Below, one piece after another: positions 8,934 to 18,596 of a stretch of DNA of 57,307 bases. The position numbers and the translations under genes were made by a program. Source of the DNA: an uncultured Atopobiaceae bacterium (lineage in GTDB: Bacteria; Actinomycetota; Coriobacteriia; Coriobacteriales; Atopobiaceae). The notes under the pieces were generated by a model. That model worked only from the letters and a program-made list of their open reading frames with translations, ran no database searches and had not been told where the DNA came from. The stretch spans positions 1 through 57,307 of the forward strand of contig CALULC010000001.1 of NCBI GenBank assembly GCA_944321385.1. The letters are read 5' to 3'. How positions within the stretch are numbered: the first letter of the stretch is position 1; every line of letters starts with the position of its first letter.

Positions 8934-10214
8934 TTGAATCCCGCCATCGTCATCCCAACGTTCTGGGGCCGGGGGGACAACTCCGGCCCTCTGGGGTGGC
9001 GCGGGCCCTTTGACCGGTCAACTCCTCTCGACGCAAAAGACCCCCAGCTCGAGGCCTGTCTCGCCTCGCTTGACCAGGTGGACGGCGTTCTGCGCGTCAT
9101 CGTGCTTCTGGCCGCCTCCGCCGAGGACGAGCCGCGGGCTCGCGAGCGCGTTGAGTCAATCTGCGCCGCGCACCCCGGCCTCAACCCGCTCGTCATCGGA
9201 AGCCAGGAGGCCTCCCACGTCGAGCACGCCGTGAGCAGGATGGCGCATCACGTGGCGGGCGAGACCGTCTCGCTTCACGGCTACGGCGCCATCAGGAACA
9301 TGGGCCTCGCCGTCTCCGCGATTCTTGGTCATGACGTTGTTGTGTTTCTGGGCGAGGACAGGGTTGCCACAGACGCCGACTTTCTCCTCAAGGCGGCGTG
9401 GGGCCTGGGCTCGCTCACGCGACAGAATCTGAGGGTGCTCGTCAAGAGCGGATTCTTCCTCGATGAGGGCGGGGACCCTTACGCCAGGCCAAACTCCGAA
9501 TGGAGCGAGAAGTACTGGTCCAAGGCGGCCGACTTCAACCGCGTGATGGAGCGGGCTCAGATGGAGGCGCCGCGCATCACGCGCTCCAACCACCTGTGCG
9601 GCGGGTGCTGCGCCCTTCACGCAGCGGCGTGGTCAAAGGTTCCCTTTGACCCGTACATTACGCGCGGAGAAGACCTTGACTACCTGCTTGACCTGCGGGC
9701 CAACGGCCTGGACGTGTGGTTTGACAACGAGTGGAGCGTCGGGACCCAGCCTGCGGGCGAACAGGCCTCCGCGCCCGCGCTGTTCATGCGCGACATGTAC
9801 CGCTGGCTGTACGAGCAGCGCAAGCTTGACGTCATGAACGCCCGCCGCGACCTGCGCACGATCACCCCGGAGTCGCTCATGCCCTACCCGGCGCCGTGGC
9901 TCTCTCCCCAGGTGCGCAAACGCGCGTTTCACACGGCGCTGCGCCGGTTTGTGACGGGGCCGGACCGTCTGGCGTATCTCAAGATCCTCACCAAGGGGCG
10001 CTACGAGGCGGACAAGATTGCACGGCTCACGAGCTCGAGGTATCTGTCGTTTGCCATGGTCTGGCCGGGCATCGTCTCGGCGCTCTGGCGCGACGAGATG
10101 ATCGCGTCGGCGATACGGCTGACGGGCGAGGTGGCCTCTGCGCTCTCTGCCACGGCGCCGTCAGATCCCCTCGAAGAGACGGGGGAAATCCCGACCGTTG
10201 GAGAATCCCAATGA
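8934..10214 (+). CDS. Glycosyltransferase-like (GT-A fold) hypothetical protein
   Basis: IVIPT at the N-terminus, GYGAIRNMGL, VVVFLGED (degenerate DxD), GGCCALH and RGEDLDY. TTG start is inferred. Confidence 0.55.
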   Translation: MNPAIVIPTFWGRGDNSGPLGWRGPFDRSTPLDAKDPQLEACLASLDQVDGVLRVIVLLAASAEDEPRARERVESICAAHPGLNPLVIGSQEASHVEHAVSRMAHHVAGETVSLHGYGAIRNMGLAVSAILGHDVVVFLGEDRVATDADFLLKAAWGLGSLTRQNLRVLVKSGFFLDEGGDPYARPNSEWSEKYWSKAADFNRVMERAQMEAPRITRSNHLCGGCCALHAAAWSKVPFDPYITRGEDLDYLLDLRANGLDVWFDNEWSVGTQPAGEQASAPALFMRDMYRWLYEQRKLDVMNARRDLRTITPESLMPYPAPWLSPQVRKRAFHTALRRFVTGPDRLAYLKILTKGRYEADKIARLTSSRYLSFAMVWPGIVSALWRDEMIASAIRLTGEVASALSATAPSDPLEETGEIPTVGESQ

Positions 10215-11566
10215 AGTGGTTGAACATACGTCATGCGGGCTGGGTGGTAACGGGAATCCTTGTTGCCTGCGCCGTGGTGCTGGCGGTGGTCCTCGTTGGC
10301 GTGGTTGACGATCCCGCGGTCGTTGTGGCCATGCTGGTTGGCTGCGCCCTCGCGGGAATCATCGTGATGAGCGGAGCCATCGGCCTTGCCCCGGAGGACA
10401 CGCGCTCCGAGGCGACCGAGCGCACCCTGCGCGTGGCAACGGCGACCCTGGGTCATCTCCACGGGGGCCTCACCGCAGAAAACGCGCGCGCCATCTGCGC
10501 GATGCTGCTTCCCGAGACGAGCGCCGCCGGCATCGCCATCACGGACACCGAGACGGTCCTCGCCTACGAGGGGACCATCGACACGCCCTTTGTCCCGGGG
10601 AGCAAGAACGCCAAGCCCACCCTCGAGGTCCTCGAGAGCAAGCGCATGGAGACGTTTGTCTCGGTGGACCAGGAGAGCCAGGACGTGAGGCGCTTCTCGA
10701 TAGGCAACCGGCGCCAGGGCCACGCCTTTGGCATCATCGTGCCTTTGCTCGTGCAGGAGCACGCCGTGGGAACGGTGAAGCTCTACTATCGCCGTGACGT
10801 GGAGATCGACCGCACGCAGCTCGCCATTGCCGAGGGCCTGGGGACGCTGCTCTCCACGCAGCTCTCGTCCTACGAGCTCGACCGCCAGGCCGAGCTCACG
10901 GCCCGTGCCGAGGTCAAGGCGCTGCAGGCGCAGATCAACCCGCACTTCCTCTTCAACACGCTCAACACCATCGCCTCGTTCACGCGGACAAACCCCACCA
11001 AGGCGCGCGACCTGCTCCGTGAGTTCTCCATGTTCTATCGCCGGACGCTGGAGAGCTCCGAGAAGACGCTCATCTCGCTCTCCCAAGAGCTCGAGCAGAC
11101 GCGCCGTTACCTCAAGATCGAGAAGGCCCGCTTTGGCGAGAACCGCATCGTGGAGACCGAGCACGTGGAGGAGGGCTGCGAGGAGCTTCCCGTGCCGTCG
11201 TTTTTGATTCAGCCTATCGTTGAGAACGCGGTCAGACATGCAATGCGGGACGAGGGCCCCCTTCATGTTGACGTGCAGGTGGTCACTGACGGAGATGATA
11301 TTCTTATAGCCGTTGCCGATGACGGCCTTGGAATGGACAAGGTCGTTGCGGATCGGCTGCTTGCTGGTGCGGGAGAGCCTCACCCATCGGATTCCAGCCA
11401 CGGGACGGGCATGGCGCTGAGAAACGTTGCCGAGCGCATCGAGCGTTTCTACGGCGTGGGGTCTGGGGTCGAGATCGTGTCCAAGCCCGGGGAGGGGACC
11501 TGTGTGACCCTCAGGCTCGGAGGGGCGCGAAGAAGGCTGGTGGAGCTTAGCCGCAAGGGCGAGTAA
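10211..11566 (+). CDS. LytS/YesM-type sensor histidine kinase (2 TM + GAF)
   Basis: ALQAQINPHFLFNTLNTI, IQPIVENAVRH, DDGLG and GTGMALRNV. ATG overlaps the previous stop. Confidence 0.9.
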   Translation: MKWLNIRHAGWVVTGILVACAVVLAVVLVGVVDDPAVVVAMLVGCALAGIIVMSGAIGLAPEDTRSEATERTLRVATATLGHLHGGLTAENARAICAMLLPETSAAGIAITDTETVLAYEGTIDTPFVPGSKNAKPTLEVLESKRMETFVSVDQESQDVRRFSIGNRRQGHAFGIIVPLLVQEHAVGTVKLYYRRDVEIDRTQLAIAEGLGTLLSTQLSSYELDRQAELTARAEVKALQAQINPHFLFNTLNTIASFTRTNPTKARDLLREFSMFYRRTLESSEKTLISLSQELEQTRRYLKIEKARFGENRIVETEHVEEGCEELPVPSFLIQPIVENAVRHAMRDEGPLHVDVQVVTDGDDILIAVADDGLGMDKVVADRLLAGAGEPHPSDSSHGTGMALRNVAERIERFYGVGSGVEIVSKPGEGTCVTLRLGGARRRLVELSRKGE

Positions 11567-11617
11567 GATATACCCGGTCGCCATGCGACCGGTGGGTGGA
11601 CACGAAGGGAACTGCAC

Positions 11618-12334
11618 ATGCGCGCGATGATTGTTGACGACGAGGCGCCGGCACGCTCCGAGCTGCGATACCTCCTCGAGGAGACCGGCAGGGTCGACTC
11701 GGTCATGGAGGCGTCGAGCGCTCGAGAGGCCGTCGAGAAGCTGATGGAGGCCAAGGCCGACGTCATGTTCCTCGACATCCAAATGCCCAAGACCTCGGGC
11801 ATGCAGCTCGCGGAGGCCCTTCACAAGCTCAAGAACCCGCCCGCCATCGTCTTTGTGACGGCCTACAGCGAGTACGCGCTCGAGGCCTTTGAGGTCGACG
11901 CCATCGACTACCTGATGAAGCCCGTTGACCCCGAGCGCCTGAACCAGGCCCTGGACAAGGTGCAGACTCGCTCCAAGCCCCAGGCCCAGAACCACTCCTC
12001 CGTGGAGCGCATCCCCGTGGTCAAGAGCGGCCGCAAGGTGCTGGTGCCCATCGACCAGATTCGCTACATCGAGGCCAAGGACGACTACTCCTGCATCTAT
12101 ACCGCCGATGACCGCTTCCTCTCCACGATCTCCCTTGCCAAGCTCGAGCAGAAGCTCGCTCCGCACGGGTTCTTCCGCGTGCACCGCGGCTACATCGTGA
12201 ACCTCGAGTACGTGGAGGACGTGGAAGTCATCTCCTCCGGCATCCTGCAGCTGGGCGTCAACGGTATCGAGGGCAAGAAGATCTCCGTCTCGCGCCGCCG
12301 CGTGGTCGCGCTCAAGCGTGCGCTGGGGCTCTAG
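11618..12334 (+). CDS. LytTR family response regulator
   Basis: REC domain (VDDE, FLDIQMP, FVTAY, DYLMKP) plus LytTR domain (FFRVHRGYIVN, VSRR). Confidence 0.93.
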   Translation: MRAMIVDDEAPARSELRYLLEETGRVDSVMEASSAREAVEKLMEAKADVMFLDIQMPKTSGMQLAEALHKLKNPPAIVFVTAYSEYALEAFEVDAIDYLMKPVDPERLNQALDKVQTRSKPQAQNHSSVERIPVVKSGRKVLVPIDQIRYIEAKDDYSCIYTADDRFLSTISLAKLEQKLAPHGFFRVHRGYIVNLEYVEDVEVISSGILQLGVNGIEGKKISVSRRRVVALKRALGL

Positions 12335-12343
12335 GGACGCGCG

Positions 12344-12805
12344 TTGACGGTTAAGCGCTTCGACATCATCTCCGATACGCATGGGTATTTGTCGCCGGAG
12401 CTCCTCGAGGAGCTCAGGGGCGCGGATATGATCGTGCACGCGGGCGACATCTGCTCCGTGTCTGATTACCACACGCTCTGCGACATCGCGCCGGTCAAGC
12501 TCTGCCTGGGCAACAACGACTGGTCCTACGACTACGGCCCCATGGTGAAGGATCGCATCGTGTTTCTCGGCGGCGGGCTCAGGTGGCAGGCCACGCACTA
12601 TCGGCGGCGTCTCAACCTGCAGATGTGCGACGTCGCGGTGTTTGGACACACGCACACGCCGGTGCTGGAGCGCGACGAGTGGACCGGCGTGCTGGTGATG
12701 AACCCCGGCAGCCCCACCTACCCGCGGCGGTCGCGCCCGAGCATGGGCCGCGTGCTTGTGGAGGACGGGCACGTGGTGGACGCGCAGATTATCACGCTGG
12801 GGTAG
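12344..12805 (+). CDS. YfcE-like metallophosphoesterase
   Basis: ISDTHG, HAGD, GNND, FGHTH and NPGS motifs. Confidence 0.88.
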   Translation: MTVKRFDIISDTHGYLSPELLEELRGADMIVHAGDICSVSDYHTLCDIAPVKLCLGNNDWSYDYGPMVKDRIVFLGGGLRWQATHYRRRLNLQMCDVAVFGHTHTPVLERDEWTGVLVMNPGSPTYPRRSRPSMGRVLVEDGHVVDAQIITLG

Positions 12806-12890
12806 CGGGCGCGCGGTTTTTCTCGCCCGCTGCGCTTCTTGGTTCGCGGCGCTTCTCGGCCCGCTGTCCTTCTCGGTTCGTTACTCCGTC

Positions 12891-12971
12891 CAAATAACAC
12901 GCAGAATCAAGCACAACTATCTATATCCGCAGGAAAAAATAACGCGCATGTTCGATTCTGCGTGTTATTTG
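12891..12971. repeat. 73-bp inverted-repeat element, copy B
   Basis: Perfect 18-bp terminal inverted repeat caaataacacgcagaatc/gattctgcgtgttatttg with central tatccgcaggaaaa. Confidence 0.85.
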
Positions 12972-13112
12972 ACCTCGAGAAGCGCTGCGGCTTAGGGGTG
13001 TGCGTTATTTCACCCGAGAAGCACGTGGGGCTGCGACCACATGCCGCCTCGCGATCAACCCTGCCCGCAGCCGCGTCCCGCCTCGCGACCGTATTTCTCG
13101 TCCCGATCTTGG

Positions 13113-13189
13113 AATAACACGCAGAATTACCTTCAACAACATATATCCGCAGGAAAGCTTTTTGGAAAAGTCCGATTCTGCGTGTTATT
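13113..13189. repeat. 73-bp inverted-repeat element, copy C (overlaps the PAP2 stop codon)
   Basis: aataacacgcagaat...tatccgcaggaaa...attctgcgtgttatt. Confidence 0.85.
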
Positions 13190-13973
13190 TTGCGGTGGCG
13201 GTACTGTCCGCGCCCGCGCCCACGCCGTCCTCGCCCGCGCTCGCGCCCGTGCTGCCCGCTCCTGCGCTGCCCATGCCCGCGTCCGCGTGCGGCGCGTCCA
13301 CCGCCACAAACGCCGGTGCCACCACGCGCGTGTAGAAGATTAGCCAGATGAGGCTCACGCAAAAGCCCGCAAGAACGTCTGAGGCGTAATGAACGCCCAG
13401 GTAGATGCGGCTCACGCCCACCATCACGATTACGAGGCCAAAGACGACGCACCACACCACGCGCATGACGTCATGGCGGTGGTAGCGCCAGACCATCCAG
13501 ATGAGCAGGCCAAAGAAGGCCATCGCAACCATCGAGTGGCCGGAGGGAAAGCTGTACCCCGTCTCGGAGATGAGGCGGAACCCGTCCGGTCGCGGGCGCT
13601 GCACGAGGTACTTGAGCACGGTGTTGAGCAGGACCACGCAAACCAGGTTGACCGAGACGCACCAGCCCGGCGCCTTGCCCGGCGCGAGCGCCGCGATTAC
13701 GGCTGCCAGCACGGCGAGAACCACGATCGAGGCAAGCGAGGTAAACGCCTGCATGAAAGACGTGAGCGCATCCGAGCGCAGGTGCTCAACAAAGACCTGG
13801 TAGGCAAGGGTGTCAAGCCGCAGGATCTCTCCGCTGGCAACCTCGCCGAGGAGCCACACAAAGACGAGGGCGGCAACGAGGGTCGCCACCACGCGAAGGT
13901 TGTTCCTAAGAAGGCCCAGGGCCCCGCTTCTTACCTCGCGGGCACCCTGGGCGATTTCCTCAAATCGAGCCAT
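13185..13973 (-). CDS. PAP2 family membrane phosphatase
   Basis: KYLVQRPRP, SFPSGH and SRIYLGVHYASDV motifs with TM helices. Confidence 0.9.
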   Translation of the reverse strand: MARFEEIAQGAREVRSGALGLLRNNLRVVATLVAALVFVWLLGEVASGEILRLDTLAYQVFVEHLRSDALTSFMQAFTSLASIVVLAVLAAVIAALAPGKAPGWCVSVNLVCVVLLNTVLKYLVQRPRPDGFRLISETGYSFPSGHSMVAMAFFGLLIWMVWRYHRHDVMRVVWCVVFGLVIVMVGVSRIYLGVHYASDVLAGFCVSLIWLIFYTRVVAPAFVAVDAPHADAGMGSAGAGSTGASAGEDGVGAGADSTATAK

Positions 13974-13975
13974 CC

Positions 13976-14293
13976 CTAGAGATTCGCCTCAATCTCGGCG
14001 ACGAGCGAGGGCTTGGGCATGTTGCCGACCATGGTGTGGACGAGGCGCCCTCCCTTGAAGAGAAGGAGCGTGGGGATGGACATGATGCCAAACCGCGCCG
14101 CGAGCGCCTCCTCTTCGTCCACGTTGCACTTGTAGACGGCCAGGCGGTCGCCCATCTCCTCACCGATCTGCTCGATGACGGGGCCGAGCGCGCGGCACGG
14201 GCCGCACCACGACGCCCAAAAGTCAACGAGGACGGGCTTGTCGGAGCCGGCAATGATGCTGTCAAAGTCTGTGCTGGTGATCGACTTTGCCAT
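13976..14293 (-). CDS. trxA: Thioredoxin
   Basis: VLVDFWASWCGPC and SIPTL; ATG at 14293 with RBS ggagg. Confidence 0.93.
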   Translation of the reverse strand: MAKSITSTDFDSIIAGSDKPVLVDFWASWCGPCRALGPVIEQIGEEMGDRLAVYKCNVDEEEALAARFGIMSIPTLLLFKGGRLVHTMVGNMPKPSLVAEIEANL

Positions 14294-14364
14294 GAGAGCC
14301 TCCCTGTTAGACTGTACGTGACGGGTACCTTTTGGGCTTATACCCAGAATGCCGCTGCGACCCA

Positions 14365-14428
14365 TGTGACAAAGGGGTCGGAGCCGACTGTCACGTTTGT
14401 GACAAAGGGGTCGTAGCCCACTGTCACG
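14365..14428. repeat. Two tandem 31-bp palindromic REP-like units (33-bp period)
   Basis: tgtgacaaaggggtcggagccgactgtcacg and tgtgacaaaggggtcgtagcccactgtcacg between divergent genes. Confidence 0.75.
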
Positions 14429-14448
14429 CTTTTAGGGAGGTTGCGCAG

Positions 14449-15003
14449 ATGGCAAGCGAGCGGGACGCGCGGCGGCGGGCGTGCGTGGACAAGGCCACGG
14501 CAGAGATAGACTCCCTGGTGGCGCGTGGCGCGCGCATCGGCGGCAACGCCTTCTCGGCGGTGCTTCTCGTCAAGGGTGAGCTTTCGGACGCCGAGAAGGA
14601 CGGTGGGCCCGCGTTCTCCGGCGCCGACGGCAAGGCGCTCCGAGCCTCTCTCGAGCGGCTGGGCTACGCCCCCGAGGACTGGGAGTGGCTGCTTGCCGTG
14701 GACGAGGCCGGCACCCCGCTCGATGCCGCGCTCTTCCGCGAGGCGGTCTGCGCACTCGACCCCACTACGCTCGTCTGCTGCGACGAGGCGGCGGCAGCGC
14801 TCGCGCGCGAGGCGTACGCGGATGACCTCTTTGCCGTGGAGTCCCTGGAGGAGGCCATGCTCGCCCCAGGGGTCGTGGCGCGCATCTGCGGCATGCGCGT
14901 GCTTAACCTCGGCGGCTTTGCCGCGGCGCTCGCAGACCCGCATGAGAAGCAGGTCATGTGGGCTCGCCTCAAGCAGATCCCGCCGCTCGGCGAGCCATAT
15001 TAA
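14449..15003 (+). CDS. Conserved hypothetical protein (weak resemblance to the uracil-DNA glycosylase-like fold)
   Basis: RBS ggagg and host-like codon usage. The pattern vLLVKGE...G.aFSGADGKAL...KQVMWARLK is only suggestive. Confidence 0.6.
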   Translation: MASERDARRRACVDKATAEIDSLVARGARIGGNAFSAVLLVKGELSDAEKDGGPAFSGADGKALRASLERLGYAPEDWEWLLAVDEAGTPLDAALFREAVCALDPTTLVCCDEAAAALAREAYADDLFAVESLEEAMLAPGVVARICGMRVLNLGGFAAALADPHEKQVMWARLKQIPPLGEPY

Positions 15004-15096
15004 TCCTGTGCGGCAAGTTGGCCCGCAAACGGGGTTCGCGGCGGTCAATCAGCGCTATGCTTATCGCAACTGCCGCATCCTCGGAAGGAGCCGCCC

Positions 15097-16791
15097 ATGT
15101 CCACCATCCCCGCGCCCGTTGACGCAACCACCACGCCCGCCTGGGCCGCGCTCCAGGCCCATCACGACGAGATGGTCTCGTCGGGCTTCTCGCTCAAAGA
15201 GGCCTTTGCCGCAGACCCCGAGCGCGTCTCCAAGCTCTCGTTTGACCTGGACGACCTCCACTTTGACCTCTCCAAGAACCTGATTGACGACAAGACCGTC
15301 CAGCTGCTCTGCGACCTCGCCCGTGCCGTGGGCCTGGAGGAGCGCCGCGACGCCATGTACTCTGGCGTGCACATCAACACCACCGAGGATCGCGCCGTTC
15401 TGCACACGGCGCTGCGCCGCCCGGCGTCCGAGGTCGGCACCGTCTTTGACGGCGAGCAGGACTGCGTGGCCGACGTCCGCGCCGAGCTGGACCGCATGTA
15501 CGCCTTTGCCGAGCGCGTGCGCTCCGGCGAGTGGAAGGGCGTCACGGGCAAGCGCATCGAGCACGTGATGTCCATCGGCATCGGCGGCTCCGACCTGGGC
15601 CCCGTCATGGTCTACGAGGCCCTCAAGCCCATGGCCGACGCCGGCATCGACTGCCGCTACGTCTCTAACATCGACCCCAACGACATGGCCGAGAAGGTCA
15701 AGGGTCTTGACCCCGAGACCACGCTCGTCATTGTTGTCTCCAAGACGTTCACCACGCTGGAGACGCTGACCAACGCCCGCGAGGCCAAGACCTGGCTGCT
15801 CGAGACCCTGCGCGCGCAGGGCGCCATCGACGGCTCGGCCGAGCAGGATGCCGAGGCAATCCGCAAGCACTTCGTGGCCGTCTCCACCGCGCTCAACCTC
15901 GTGGCGGACTTTGGCATCGACCCCGAGAACGCCTTCGGCTTCTGGAGCTGGGTCGGCGGCCGCTACTCTGTGGACTCCGCCGTAGGCCTGTCCCTCATCG
16001 TGGCCTTTGGCCCGGAGCGCTTTGAGCAGTTCCTCGCAGGCTTCCACGACCTGGACGAGTACTTCCAGAAGACCCCGCTCGAGAAGAACGTGGTGGCGCT
16101 CCTTGGCCTGCTCAACGTCTGGTACGTGAACTTCTACGGCGCCGAGAGCCACGCCGTGCTGCCCTACAACCAGTACCTGCACCGCTTTGCCGCCTACCTC
16201 CAGCAACTCACGATGGAGTCCAACGGCAAGGGCGTGCGCTGGGACGGCAGCCCCGTGACCTGCGCCACCGGAGAGATCTTCTGGGGAGAGCCGGGCACCA
16301 ACGGCCAGCACGCCTTCTACCAGCTCATTCACCAGGGCACCCGCATGATCCCCGCGGACTTCATCGCCTTTGTGAACACGCCCAACCCCGCGAAGGACGG
16401 CGAGCAGGACGTCCACGAGCTCTTCCTGGGCAACTTCCTCGCGCAGACCAAGGCCCTTGCCTTTGGTAAGACGGCCGACGAGGTCCGCGCGGAGGGCACG
16501 GCCGAGTGGATGGTGCCCGCGCGCTGCTTCACGGGCAACCGTCCCACCACCTCGATCTTTGGCGTGGAGCTGACGCCGCACGCGCTGGGCGAGCTCATTG
16601 CGCTCTACGAGCACATCACGTTTGTTGAGGGCACGGTCTGGGGCCTGGACTCCTACGACCAGTGGGGCGTTGAGCTGGGCAAGCAGCTTGCCAAGCAGAT
16701 CACCCCGGCCTTCCACGACGACGAGGCCCTTGCCGCGCAGGATGCGAGCACCCAGGCCCTCATCGCCTACTACCGCGCTCACCGCAAGTGA
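15097..16791 (+). CDS. pgi: Glucose-6-phosphate isomerase
   Basis: [61 protein letters not shown] and DQWGVELGK. Confidence 0.97.
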   Translation: MSTIPAPVDATTTPAWAALQAHHDEMVSSGFSLKEAFAADPERVSKLSFDLDDLHFDLSKNLIDDKTVQLLCDLARAVGLEERRDAMYSGVHINTTEDRAVLHTALRRPASEVGTVFDGEQDCVADVRAELDRMYAFAERVRSGEWKGVTGKRIEHVMSIGIGGSDLGPVMVYEALKPMADAGIDCRYVSNIDPNDMAEKVKGLDPETTLVIVVSKTFTTLETLTNAREAKTWLLETLRAQGAIDGSAEQDAEAIRKHFVAVSTALNLVADFGIDPENAFGFWSWVGGRYSVDSAVGLSLIVAFGPERFEQFLAGFHDLDEYFQKTPLEKNVVALLGLLNVWYVNFYGAESHAVLPYNQYLHRFAAYLQQLTMESNGKGVRWDGSPVTCATGEIFWGEPGTNGQHAFYQLIHQGTRMIPADFIAFVNTPNPAKDGEQDVHELFLGNFLAQTKALAFGKTADEVRAEGTAEWMVPARCFTGNRPTTSIFGVELTPHALGELIALYEHITFVEGTVWGLDSYDQWGVELGKQLAKQITPAFHDDEALAAQDASTQALIAYYRAHRK

Positions 16792-16858
16792 TACGAAGGG
16801 ACAGTCCCTTCGTATCATTCGGGCCGTCGGGCATCTGCTCGGCGGCCCGTTTTGCGTG
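16776..16858 (+). repeat. Left direct repeat of the dcd-like islet (pgi 3' end + GGGACAGTCCC palindrome + terminator)
   Basis: cgctcaccgcaagtga-tacgaagggacagtcccttcgta-...gggccgtcgggcatctgctcggcggcccgttttgcgtg recurs at 18169-18252. Confidence 0.85.
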
Positions 16859-17063
16859 CCGCCCGCCGGGGGCGGCATCAGCCGGAAGTGCTCGCCAGCG
16901 CAAGCTCAACCCACGTTTAATGCTGGGGGCAAGGCGCCGCACAAGGCGTTGCTTTACCGCTTGGCGTGCAAGCTTGAACGGGTACGAACTTTTTGAGTCC
17001 ATGCGGGCCAGTTGCGCTACCATCAATAGAATCGACCGGGCGCAACGGAGAAGGTGATTTCAA

Positions 17064-17687
17064 GTGATTCTTTCCGATAAAGACATCCTTGAGATTCAGA
17101 ACGGAAGTGTGCCCCTGATCGCTCCGTTCAAGGAGGAACGACTTCGCGGAGCCTCCTATGATGTCTTGCTCGACGGAGAGATAACGCCCATGCTGGAGAG
17201 CTCCGGAGTTATCGACCTGGGCAATCAGGACGAGATTGACGCCATCTACTCTTCGCGAGTTCCCATTGACGGCTTCGTTATGAAGCCGGGGCAGTATTGC
17301 TTGGCGGCCCTGGCTGAGGAGATCGCGCTTCCCGCTGACGTGGTTGCCTTTGTGGAGCCGAGAACTCGCTACACGAGGATGGGGCTTCTTATCGCGCGCC
17401 AGTTCTGCAACCCCGGCTACTCGGGCAGGCTTCAGATTGGAATCTACAATGCCTCGGGCAACAATCTGAGGCTCAGGTCATATGCACCGGTTGCGCAGCT
17501 AGTTTTCCATCGCCTTTCCTCGACCCCAAGCAGGGAGAGACTCTATGGGGAGCAGGAAACGGCTGCTTACAACAATGAAAAGACGTTTATTGGGGCTCGT
17601 GCGGAAGAGGCTCTTTCCGATGAAGATAGGCTGTTCTACGACTCTCTTGTAAGCAACCTGTCCAACTACGGATTCTCAAATGAGTGA
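17064..17687 (+). CDS. dCTP deaminase-like protein (trimeric dUTPase fold), catalytic residues apparently altered
   Basis: MILSDKDI, ASYDVLL, PRTRYTRMGL, NPGYSGRL and PVAQLVF. GC is lower than in the flanks. GTG start after aggtga. Confidence 0.8.
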   Translation: MILSDKDILEIQNGSVPLIAPFKEERLRGASYDVLLDGEITPMLESSGVIDLGNQDEIDAIYSSRVPIDGFVMKPGQYCLAALAEEIALPADVVAFVEPRTRYTRMGLLIARQFCNPGYSGRLQIGIYNASGNNLRLRSYAPVAQLVFHRLSSTPSRERLYGEQETAAYNNEKTFIGARAEEALSDEDRLFYDSLVSNLSNYGFSNE

Positions 17688-18126
17688 CAAGCTCGTGAGC
17701 CTAGTTGCGTTCTATGTGACTCAAAAGGCGCAGGGCGAAAACGTCGACGAGGCCCAGATCTTCAAAGCCGAGAAGAGACTCGAGCACGAAGTTGAAGAAG
17801 AGATTGTCCGCGAGCGCATCGAAGAAATCGATGACGAGGTTAGACGGCGCGAGAATGAGCGAGCGGCGGCTCGTGAGTTCGATGAGTTTCAGGGAATCCT
17901 GTTTCAGTGCGTGACGCTTGCCCTGCTGGTTGGCGTAATCGGAAGCCATCTGTACGGCCTGCTCGAGGCGCTTATCTATCAGCCTACTGCTGAGATAAAC
18001 GTGCTGTTTGTGACGTTTGGCCTGCTGATCTTGCTGATAATCACGGTCGTGGTCCTGTTCAAGGTCTACATCAAGAGGCTTTTTGAGTCCACCAAGAAGT
18101 TCAGGGAGTTCCGTAAGGGCTGTTGA
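17680..18126 (+). CDS. Hypothetical protein with a charged coiled-coil N-terminus and two TM helices
   Basis: Overlaps the dcd-like stop by 8 nt. E/R-rich helix, then hydrophobic ILFQCVTLALLVGVIG and VLFVTFGLLILLIITVVVLF. Confidence 0.7.
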   Translation: MSDKLVSLVAFYVTQKAQGENVDEAQIFKAEKRLEHEVEEEIVRERIEEIDDEVRRRENERAAAREFDEFQGILFQCVTLALLVGVIGSHLYGLLEALIYQPTAEINVLFVTFGLLILLIITVVVLFKVYIKRLFESTKKFREFRKGC

Positions 18127-18128
18127 TG

Positions 18129-18252
18129 GCAAGTGATTCAAAAGGGGACAGTCCCCTTTTGAATCATTCGCTCACCGCAGGTAACGTTACGAAGGGACAG
18201 TCCCTTCGTAACATCGGGCCGTCGGGCGTCTGCTCGGCGGCCCTTTTGCGTG
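18129..18252 (+). repeat. Right direct repeat of the dcd-like islet, with two GGGACAGTCCC palindromes
   Basis: gcaagtgattcaaaaggggacagtccccttttgaatcattcg, then ctcaccgcaggtaa-cgttacgaagggacagtcccttcgtaac...gggccgtcgggcgtctgctcggcggcccttttgcgtg. Confidence 0.85.
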
Positions 18253-18596
18253 AGGGCGGGCCAGGGCCCGCTGTGCCGCCCGCCGCGGCGCCGCAATCGC
18301 CCTCAGCCCGCATACGGACACCTTAAGATCCGCGCCCCGCGTCCGCGCGCCAGCAGCCCGCCCCTTTCAGCCGGCATGGAATGAACGTTAAGTCTCAGAG
18401 AATAATCGGAACGGCACATTTTCCCCAACGCAAGCCCCAGACCCCGGCCAGAAGCCCCGCAGGACCCACCTGCCACCCCAAAAGCGCGCCCGCACAAACA
18501 TAAAACATACACCAGACACGCCAACACCCGGCACACCTTGGTCGCACACGCCAAAACGCCCAAACCAACCGCAGCCGCCAACGGCGACCAAACCGC

